A DNA stretch of 64,000 nucleotides from a bacterium (GTDB lineage: Bacteria > UBA8248). This document shows, piece after piece, positions 56,782-64,000 of the stretch. The notes under the pieces are model-generated. The model did no database searches. It was not told where the DNA came from and saw only the letters and a list, made by a program, of their open reading frames with translations. Position 1 is the first letter of the stretch, and each line of letters begins with the position of its first letter. Where the stretch lies: the NCBI GenBank assembly GCA_965203325.1, contig OZ241875.1, positions 1,312,001 to 1,376,000 on the forward strand. Reading direction: 5' to 3'. The position numbers and the translations under genes are program-made.

Positions 56782-56810
56782 TTGAATCCCCTCCCGAGAC
56801 CTCATACAAT
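56782..56810 (+). promoter_or_regulatory. Sigma-70 promoter of the PAC2 gene
   Basis: TTGAAT-N17-TACAAT. Confidence 0.65.
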
Positions 56811-56886
56811 GGTTTTCTTTCTTTTCTCCTTGAACCGATAAAGTCTTTGTTCTTGGATTCATAAGGCGGACTGGGGGGACAAACAA

Positions 56887-57774
56887 ATGGAACATCTCGA
56901 CATCAAGGAAACGCCGAAGCTCAGAGACCCCGCTTTACTCATGGCTTTCGCGGGCTGGAACGACGCCAGCAGCGCCGCCACGACCGCCGCCAGTTTCATC
57001 ACCGAGAAAATGGGGGGGTCGGAATTCGCCCGGATCGATTCCGACCCGTTCTACAATTTTCAGGACATGCGGCCCCACGTCAGCCTCGATGAGGACAGCC
57101 GCCGGAAAATCACCTGGCCCTCGAACACGTTCTACGCATGCGAGACGCCGAACCTCGAACACGACGTGGTGGTGTTCCTGGGCGTAGAACCTCATCTGCA
57201 ATGGGAGCGCTTTTCGAAAATCATATTGTCCATGGTGCGCGAATGCCGGGTGCGGATGGCCGTGACGGTGGGCGCCCTGCTCGCCGACGTCTACCACCGA
57301 AACAGGGTCCGGATTACCGGCACCTCCACGAACCCCGATCTCGCCTCTCAACTGGGCCTCAAACCCTCGCGCTATGAGGGACCCACCGGAATCGTCGGCG
57401 TGCTGAACAATCTGTTCCGCGACGAAAACCTCCCCGCCGTCAGCGTATGGGCGAACGTGCCCCACTACGTGAACGTGACGCCCAACCCGAAGGCGGCGCT
57501 CGCTCTGGTGGAGCGGCTCAGCGAGTTTCTCTCCTATCCCCTCAATCTCTCCGAGCTCGAGGCGGGTGCGCATGAATTCGAAGAGAAAGTCGACGAGGCG
57601 CTCGACAAGAACAAATCGGTGAGAGACTACGTGGAGCAGCTAAAACTCAGAGACGACGGCTTCGATGAAGAAACCCAGCCGGGCGAGCTTCCCTCGGGAG
57701 ATGAACTGGCCAGGGAACTGGAGCGCTTCCTGAGAAACCGGGGCGCCGATGAGGATGCGCCCGAGGAGAACTAG
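56887..57774 (+). CDS. PAC2 (proteasome assembly chaperone) family protein
   Basis: AFAGWNDA, GVEP...W, GALLADV, YEGPTGIVG, WANVPHY, ELERFL. Confidence 0.85.
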   Translation: MEHLDIKETPKLRDPALLMAFAGWNDASSAATTAASFITEKMGGSEFARIDSDPFYNFQDMRPHVSLDEDSRRKITWPSNTFYACETPNLEHDVVVFLGVEPHLQWERFSKIILSMVRECRVRMAVTVGALLADVYHRNRVRITGTSTNPDLASQLGLKPSRYEGPTGIVGVLNNLFRDENLPAVSVWANVPHYVNVTPNPKAALALVERLSEFLSYPLNLSELEAGAHEFEEKVDEALDKNKSVRDYVEQLKLRDDGFDEETQPGELPSGDELARELERFLRNRGADEDAPEEN

Positions 57775-57866
57775 CAACACATTTCAGCCCGACACGGGCG
57801 TGACCACAAGCCACCGCCATGAAAATCACGGGGCTGCGCCGATTTGGCTCCCGATGCCGAACGCGC

Positions 57867-58469
57867 CTAAGGGGACCTCCAGCGATTCAGGACGGCCTCT
57901 TTCACCAGATTCCTGAGACCCACGGAGTCCACCGGCTTGGGGAGGCAATGCGCCGCGCCCATATCGAGAATGCGCTTGCGTTCGTCCCCATCGACGCCGC
58001 CGAGCGCCACGACGCACGTTTCGCCGCCGGCCTCGCTCTGTTTTATCTGGCGGCACACCTCGCAACCATCCACGCTGGAATGATTCAGATCGAGTATCAC
58101 CACATCCGGATGCGAGCTGGAATAGAGGACACCGGCCCGGAACCCGTCGTGCGCCACCTGAATTTCATAGCCCGGCTCATCGAACGAGAGCGCTTCTTTG
58201 AGAGAGTCGGCAAGGCCCTGGTCGCCGTTCACGATCAGCACCCGGGGAACACCCCCCTTTTCCCGAAAGGGATGGGGCATGTCGCGTGATTCCAGGAAAG
58301 AGAGAAGCGCCTCTTTCCTCACCCTTCTATGGCCTCCCGGCGTTCGGTATGCGAGCAGCCAGCCCTTGTCTATCCAGTTTTGAATCGTGACCGGCGTGAC
58401 GTCGCAAATTTCCGCGACTTCGAACGTGGTGAACACTTTTTTTCTGGACAATTTTTCCGCGCTGGACAA
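57867..58469 (-). CDS. Response regulator with N-terminal excisionase/MerR-like HTH
   Basis: FTTFEVA..C.V..TIQNWID.G.L.AYRTPGGHRR plus receiver domain (ILDL, KP). Confidence 0.85.
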   Translation of the reverse strand: MSSAEKLSRKKVFTTFEVAEICDVTPVTIQNWIDKGWLLAYRTPGGHRRVRKEALLSFLESRDMPHPFREKGGVPRVLIVNGDQGLADSLKEALSFDEPGYEIQVAHDGFRAGVLYSSSHPDVVILDLNHSSVDGCEVCRQIKQSEAGGETCVVALGGVDGDERKRILDMGAAHCLPKPVDSVGLRNLVKEAVLNRWRSP

Positions 58470-58746
58470 TGGCCGCCCCGATTGTGGCTAGGATATGATG
58501 CCGCATTCGCTATATGTGAATGAGTGGTGCGAAAAATTCGCAAATGATTTCTCGCACATTGCTCCCCGCATTTCAACCAAGGAAAACGACAAAGCGAACT
58601 TGAAAACGCCGCGCGGGCGGGGCGATGTTTCAAGGCGTTGAATTTCAAGAGACTCGCCGTATATTCTGGACCCATCGCCGACATACGGTGGAACAGAGAT
58701 AGCGGCGGCCCGGAGATAATAAAATGACCCCGCGGGACAAGCGAAC

Positions 58747-59196
58747 ATGAGAGCCGTCGTTCAGCGCGTGAGCAAGGCCTGTGTCCGGGTGGATTCCGAG
58801 GTGGTTGGAGAAATCCGGGGCGGACTCCTTGTTTTCCTGGGGGTCGGACGCGAGGATACTGAAAAAGACGTCGATTTCCTCGCCGATAAAACCACCAACT
58901 TGAGGATATTCCCCGATGAGGCGCAGAAAATGAACCTCTCGCTTCTCGACACAGGCGGAGCGTTGCTCGTCGTCAGCCAGTTCACCCTGCACGGCGATTG
59001 CCGAAAGGGGAGGCGTCCCGCCTTCATCGCCGCGGCCCCGCCCGAGCAGGCGGAACCTCTGTATGAGCGATTCGTGGTGCGGGTCGAAAATCTCGGGGTT
59101 CGCGTCGCGACGGGCCGCTTCGGCGCGATGATGGAGGTCGAACTCGTGAACGACGGCCCCGTCACCCTGCTGCTGGATTCCAGGGGCGCGTTCTAG
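58747..59196 (+). CDS. dtd: D-aminoacyl-tRNA deacylase
   Basis: [24 protein letters not shown]. Confidence 0.97.
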   Translation: MRAVVQRVSKACVRVDSEVVGEIRGGLLVFLGVGREDTEKDVDFLADKTTNLRIFPDEAQKMNLSLLDTGGALLVVSQFTLHGDCRKGRRPAFIAAAPPEQAEPLYERFVVRVENLGVRVATGRFGAMMEVELVNDGPVTLLLDSRGAF

Positions 59197-60113
59197 TGCC
59201 TCTGAGGGCGGGAGACGTGCCGCTTCTCAAGGAAAAACTCGACGCGCTCGCCCGCGCGTATCACGACGGCTATCTGGCCACCGACCCGCTCGGCCTGGCG
59301 CACGCCTACCGGGGCGCGCGGGATCGCGAGGTCGCGGCGTTTCTGAGCGCATCGCTGGCCTTCGGCAACGCCGCCGCGATACGGATGAGCGTAAAGCGCA
59401 TCATGGAGCGCCTCGGCCCCCGGCCCGCCGACGCGCTGCGCAGTCATCTTCCCGAGCAGAGCGCCCGCCTCTTCGAGGGTCTCTACCACCGCTGGGTGGG
59501 TCCCGAGGCCATCGGCGTTTTCGCCCAGGCGATCGGGGCCGCGCTCAGGAACGAGGGATCGCTCGAAGCGCTTTTTCTCAAAGGCTACCGCGCCGAGGAG
59601 GAGACGCTCCAGGGGGCGCTCAAAAGATTCAGGGAGCGCCTGTTCCGCTCCCTCCCGGCGGCGCCAGCGGACGCGAAAATCGAGCGCGGCATTCACTATC
59701 TCCTGCCCGATCCTGCGAGCGGCAGCGCGTGCAAGCGTCTCCACCTGTTTCTCAGGTGGATGGTGCGGCCCGACGACGGCCTGGACCTGGGTCTCTGGAA
59801 GACGCCGAAAACCCATCAACTCATCATACCGCTCGACACCCACATCGCGCGCATCGGGCGTCTTTTGGGGCTCACCGACAGGAAGACGCCCGACCTCAAG
59901 ATGGCGCTCGATATCACGAGAAACTTGAAGCGCATCGACCCCGACGACCCGGTGCGCTACGATTTCGCCATCTCGCGGATGGGCATCTTGAAGCATTGTC
60001 CGAGCAAAAGAGACATCAAACTCTGCGCGGGCTGCCCCCTGCAGGATGCCTGCCGCTACTGGCGGCGTCTGCCCCGGCGAAGAAAAGACGCCGCGATTCA
60101 GGCGCGCGGGTGA
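59196..60113 (+). CDS. TIGR02757/DUF2400 family protein (HhH-GPD-like) with C-terminal Cys cluster
   Basis: SACKR..LFLRWMVR, IPLDTH, DPVRYDFA; C..CAGCPL..AC. Confidence 0.85.
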   Translation: MPLRAGDVPLLKEKLDALARAYHDGYLATDPLGLAHAYRGARDREVAAFLSASLAFGNAAAIRMSVKRIMERLGPRPADALRSHLPEQSARLFEGLYHRWVGPEAIGVFAQAIGAALRNEGSLEALFLKGYRAEEETLQGALKRFRERLFRSLPAAPADAKIERGIHYLLPDPASGSACKRLHLFLRWMVRPDDGLDLGLWKTPKTHQLIIPLDTHIARIGRLLGLTDRKTPDLKMALDITRNLKRIDPDDPVRYDFAISRMGILKHCPSKRDIKLCAGCPLQDACRYWRRLPRRRKDAAIQARG

Positions 60114-60186
60114 ACGGCGGGCGCGGTTGCCGGGGCGCAGACCCTGGGATACCTTGCCACCGAGGCTGATTCGGGAGATTCATCAC

Positions 60187-61092
60187 GTGGCGACGAACAT
60201 TGAGCGCATCGCACTGACCGCATGGGCGGAGGCGCAAAAAAGCCCGCTCGACTTCACCGGCCTTACCGCGTGGCTGAAGGAGAGAGGCTTCGAGGTCCAT
60301 CTCGATTTGGACACGGCCCGGATGGCGGGAGAGGAAACGGGCGCAGCGCGCGAGGAGGTCGTCAAGCGCGCCGACCTGGTCATCGTCTTCGGCGGCGACG
60401 GCTCCATGCTGCGCACCGCGCACAACATCGGGGCGGAATGCCCGCTCCTGTTAGGCATCAACACCGGGCACCTGGGCTTTCTGGCGGACATCCCCCAAGC
60501 CGAACTCTACCCGGCGCTCGAGCGGATACTGATAAAAAAAGAATTCTCTATCGAATCGCGCATGCGGCTCGGCGCGGAGGTTCAAATCAACGGGGGCGCG
60601 GCGCCTGCGCTGTCCGATACGCTGAACGATATCGTGCTCACCACCGGGCCTCTGGCGCGCATGGTCGAATACGAGGTTCAGATGGAAGGCAGGCATCTGG
60701 GCTATTTCCGCGCGGACGGCCTCATCGTCGCCACGCCCACGGGCTCCACGGCCTACTCCCTCTCCGCGGGCGGGCCGCTCGTGCTGCCCGATCTGAACGT
60801 AATGCTCATCAACCCGATATGCCCGCACACGCTCAGCAACCGGCCCATCGTCGTTCCCGCCGAGACGGAACTGGAAATCACGATCTTCCCGGATACCGAA
60901 GCGGAAGGCCGAGAGGTTCTCCTCACGCTCGACGGCTTCCCGGGTTGCGAACTCGAAGCGGGCGATTCGGTGAGAATCCGCAAAAGCCGCACCCCCGTGC
61001 GGATCATCCGGCCCAAGGGTGCGGATTTTTTTCAGACCTTGAGAGAAAAGCTCTTGTGGGAGACCCACCCGCGCGGCGGGCGGAAGATGTAA
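60187..61092 (+). CDS. nadK: NAD kinase
   Basis: GGDG, G.LGFL, LND, DGLIVATPTGSTAYSLSAGG. Confidence 0.95.
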   Translation: MATNIERIALTAWAEAQKSPLDFTGLTAWLKERGFEVHLDLDTARMAGEETGAAREEVVKRADLVIVFGGDGSMLRTAHNIGAECPLLLGINTGHLGFLADIPQAELYPALERILIKKEFSIESRMRLGAEVQINGGAAPALSDTLNDIVLTTGPLARMVEYEVQMEGRHLGYFRADGLIVATPTGSTAYSLSAGGPLVLPDLNVMLINPICPHTLSNRPIVVPAETELEITIFPDTEAEGREVLLTLDGFPGCELEAGDSVRIRKSRTPVRIIRPKGADFFQTLREKLLWETHPRGGRKM

Positions 61093-61097
61093 CCCCC

Positions 61098-62813
61098 ATG
61101 CTCCGCCTCCTCAAGATCACGAATTTCGCCATCATCGACGACCTGGAAATCGCCTTCGGCTCTGGCCTGAACGTCCTGACGGGCGAGACGGGCGCCGGGA
61201 AATCCATCATCTTCGACGCCCTGAACCTCACTCTGGGCGCCCGCGCAGGGGGAGACCTCGTTCGCGGTGGCGCAAAAGAAGCGATCGTCGAATCGCTCTT
61301 CGAGATACCCGACACCGCGGGCGGCAGTGCGGCCCGCTCCCTGCTCGAAGAAGCGGGCGTGGAAATGGAAGATGGCGGCGAACTCATCGTGCGGCGCCGG
61401 GTCGCGGAGGCGGGCAGAAGCCGCATCTATCTGAACGGCGTCCTCGGCACGGCCTCGCTGCTCTCCCGGGTGGGCGAGCGCCTCGTGAACATCCACGGCC
61501 AGCACGCGCACCAAAGCCTCCTGCGCCCCGCCTCCCACCTGGGCCTTCTGGACGACTTTGCGGACACTAGCGGAGAAAGAGCCGCCCTGGGCGGGATGGT
61601 GCGCGAACTCAAATCCGCCGAGGAAAAACTGAACGCGCACCGCGAAGGCGTGCGCGAACGCGCCCAGAGGGCGGACCTCCTGCGCTTCCAGGTGGAGGAA
61701 CTGGAGAAAGCAGCCCTGCGCGCAGGTGAACTCTCGGAGATCGAGACCGAACTGCCGAGGCTCAGGAACGCGGGCCGTCTGATAGAAGGCGCGGCGGCGC
61801 TTTATGAGCGACTCTACGAGGCGGATGGGTCGGTCGTCGAAAAAACGGGAGAAATCGCGCGCGAACTCGAAGGCATGGCCGCCCTTGACCAATCCCTGGC
61901 TTCCCTTGCGGAGGAAGCCGCATCCGCACAAGCGCAGCTTGAAAGCCTTGCCGATTCGCTCCGCGATTACACAGATGGAATCGAGCACGACCCCGAACGC
62001 CTCGAAGCCCTGGAAGCCAGACGCGCGCTGATAAGAGAGATGATCAGGAAATACGGGAGCGACGAGGCGGAATGCCTGGCCTTTCTCGATGAATGCCGGG
62101 ATCAGCTCGCCGCGATTTCGGATGAGGAGGGGACCGAGGCGCGCCTCGTGGACGCGCGCGACGCGCTCAGGGCCGAACTCGCAAAAGCCGCCTTCGCTCT
62201 TTCCGAGAAAAGAATACGCGCCGCAGAAAGCCTCGATGCCCGCATGGAAGAGGCGTTGGGTGAACTGGGCCTCACGGGCGCGAAGTTCCAGACGCTCATT
62301 ACGCATCAGGAAGACCCCGAGGGCTTCATCCATGTGGAAGGACGCCCCGTGGCCGTTCGCGCCGACGGGGTAGACCGCGCCCAGTTCCACTTCTCGCCCA
62401 ACCCCGGCGAGCCGCCGCGCTCTTTAAGCCGCGTCGCCTCGGGCGGGGAACTATCGCGGCTGATGCTGGCCCTGGAATCCGTCCTGAGGCGCGCCGACTT
62501 GATCCCCACCCTCATTTTCGACGAGGTGGACGCAGGGATCGGCGGAGCGGTGGCCGAGGTCGTGGGCAGAAAACTGAAAGGTGTATCGGCGAACCATCAG
62601 GTGTTCGTCGTCACTCACCTGCCGCAGGTCGCGAGCCTGGGTGATCGCCATTTCCGGGTGGAAAAGCACGTCGCGGGGGAGCGCACGCAGACGCGCGTCG
62701 AGGTGCTGGATGACGATGAGCGCGTGGAGGAGATCGCCCGCATGGGAACGGGCCTCGAAATCACCGACGCCGCCCGCGAACACGCGAGAGAGATGTTGGG
62801 GAAGGCTGTGTGA
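61098..62813 (+). CDS. recN: DNA repair protein RecN
   Basis: TGETGAGKS, IHGQH, ASGGELSR, FDEVDAG, VTHLPQVA. Confidence 0.96.
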   Translation: MLRLLKITNFAIIDDLEIAFGSGLNVLTGETGAGKSIIFDALNLTLGARAGGDLVRGGAKEAIVESLFEIPDTAGGSAARSLLEEAGVEMEDGGELIVRRRVAEAGRSRIYLNGVLGTASLLSRVGERLVNIHGQHAHQSLLRPASHLGLLDDFADTSGERAALGGMVRELKSAEEKLNAHREGVRERAQRADLLRFQVEELEKAALRAGELSEIETELPRLRNAGRLIEGAAALYERLYEADGSVVEKTGEIARELEGMAALDQSLASLAEEAASAQAQLESLADSLRDYTDGIEHDPERLEALEARRALIREMIRKYGSDEAECLAFLDECRDQLAAISDEEGTEARLVDARDALRAELAKAAFALSEKRIRAAESLDARMEEALGELGLTGAKFQTLITHQEDPEGFIHVEGRPVAVRADGVDRAQFHFSPNPGEPPRSLSRVASGGELSRLMLALESVLRRADLIPTLIFDEVDAGIGGAVAEVVGRKLKGVSANHQVFVVTHLPQVASLGDRHFRVEKHVAGERTQTRVEVLDDDERVEEIARMGTGLEITDAAREHAREMLGKAV

Positions 62814-62864
62814 GAAGGGCGGGCGACGTAATACGCCTCGAAATCACTTCCCCTTGCGGATCGA

Positions 62865-63176
62865 TTACTCGATCCCGTTTCCGGTGCGGCGGATGAGCTC
62901 TTTCAGCGCGGCCATGTTTTCGGCATGTTGCCTTTCCATAGCCGCCATCGTTTCCGCGTGAGACGCCATGGTTTCTTCGTGAGCCGCCATAGTTTGCGCG
63001 TGACGCGATTCCATAGCCGCCATGGTTTCTGCGTGCAACTGCTCCCGCGCGCGCGAGGCCTCCCGCATCTGCCGGAGTCCGCTGAAGATCAGCAGGCATT
63101 GCGCGCCGCCGACGGCGAGCGCCACGAGGGGACCGGCGGCCGTGGCCAGCAACATGTAGAACTGGTAATCCGTCAT
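62865..63176 (-). CDS. Small membrane-anchored protein with His/Met tandem repeats
   Basis: Hydrophobic N-terminus, then five H[AE][EQ][TN]MA[AS] units; start may be 63176 or 63188. Confidence 0.7.
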   Translation of the reverse strand: MTDYQFYMLLATAAGPLVALAVGGAQCLLIFSGLRQMREASRAREQLHAETMAAMESRHAQTMAAHEETMASHAETMAAMERQHAENMAALKELIRRTGNGIE

Positions 63177-63404
63177 CTCTCGCCCCACCTTTCAGAATAA
63201 AGTCAGAATGAAGATTCAGATGGGTCGTTGAACGTCCTCGCGCACAGCCACGATACCATGTCCTCACATTCGCTGCCAAATTCCGGGAATCCCGGAGGAA
63301 CCCTCTCCCGGTGGACGGGAGAGCGTTTCCCCTCGAAAACGCACGGCCTTTGAACTCCGGGATCGGTGGCGGAAAAACGATTCGCCTCGTTCACCCGCAC
63401 TCGT

Positions 63405-63758
63405 TCATTCGCGGAATTTCCTGCACTTTTTCCGCCGAGTATCCCACCCCGAACCGGCGGGGCAAGCAGGACAGCCGGGCGGACACGCGCGGGGGACGGC
63501 GGTCTGGACGACGACGCACGTCGGGCAAATCTCTCTCAACTCCTCGAGCAATTGCAGCGTCTTGTTCTCGATGGATTGCGCAGCGCCCTTGGCCGCCGGT
63601 TTGGTTCTGGTCTGAGCCAGCCGCCGGCCCTGCTCCGGCGGATGCCCTGCTTTCACGGCTCCCACGGGGCGGAGGGAACCACCGGGCTCGTGCGCGAAGG
63701 CGGCCGCCACCGAGGCGGAAAGGATAAGAAAAACCAGGAAGCTCCACCTCGTTTTCAT
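63405..63758 (-). CDS. Small secreted Cys-rich hypothetical protein
   Basis: GGGGAG RBS; signal peptide ending AFA; CPTC and CPPGCPACP. Confidence 0.55.
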   Translation of the reverse strand: MKTRWSFLVFLILSASVAAAFAHEPGGSLRPVGAVKAGHPPEQGRRLAQTRTKPAAKGAAQSIENKTLQLLEELREICPTCVVVQTAVPRACPPGCPACPAGSGWDTRRKKCRKFRE

Positions 63759-63843
63759 CGTATTCTCCCCTTGCGGCAGGCTATGGAGTGGGTCGGCATC
63801 GACGCTGAACTCCCCGCCAGATTCCTTTCAGGATTCGCGGGCG

Positions 63844-64000
63844 TCAGCGTTCAATCAATTTCAATTCGGAACCGAATTTCACGCCCGCGACTTCACAGGC
63901 GATTTTAATGTGTTCCTTTATCTCCTTCGTTGTAGAACGTGTTCCCTTCTGCAACCACCACCCGTTCTCCAAATCCTCTTTATGTTTTTCCCTATTAGGG
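63844..64000 (-). CDS. 3-prime end of an AT-rich gene entering from beyond the window
   Basis: Open frame from 63999: PNREKHKEDLENGWWLQKGTRSTTKEIKEHIKIACEVAGVKFGSELKLIER-stop. Confidence 0.5.
   Translation of the reverse strand, partial: PNREKHKEDLENGWWLQKGTRSTTKEIKEHIKIACEVAGVKFGSELKLIER

Noticed and set aside
62908..63035. CRISPR or non-coding tandem repeat
   Set aside because: The repeats are in-frame multiples of 3 with synonymous variation, so they are protein-coding.

Overview
GC-rich, gene-dense bacterial chromosomal window from a probably diderm organism (lipoprotein, Tat and Sec substrates, LpxL-family acyltransferase). I saw no rRNA, tRNA, CRISPR array, transposase or integrase. 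The highlight is a tightly packed 9-gene + strand operon (260-11065). It joins an iodate-reductase-type module (two di-heme peroxidases, a Tat-exported Rieske subunit and an AioA/IdrA-family molybdoenzyme, in the order P-P-B-A) to a cytochrome c and an anammox-like Rieske/cytochrome b complex (NAD(P)/FAD/Fe-S flavoprotein, Rieske protein, fused cytochrome b6+subunit IV with APWY, tetraheme cytochrome c). This is a candidate complete electron-transport chain for iodine oxyanion metabolism. The second notable locus is an 11-gene dedicated type II FAS/PKS-like cluster (46895-56609): two intact and two catalytically altered ketosynthases, an oversized ACP, its own AcpS and a terminal LpxL-family acyltransferase. 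The rest is housekeeping (lhr, tatD-radical SAM fusion, metG, ricT, holB, tmk, a two-component pair, hrcA with CIRCE, dnaJ, prmA, rsmE, purD, glgC, glgA, dtd, nadK, recN), scattered catabolic enzymes, REP-like palindromes, a nuclease/patatin islet bounded by direct repeats, and small repeat-rich or Cys-rich proteins. All product calls come from reading motifs by eye; no searches were run.
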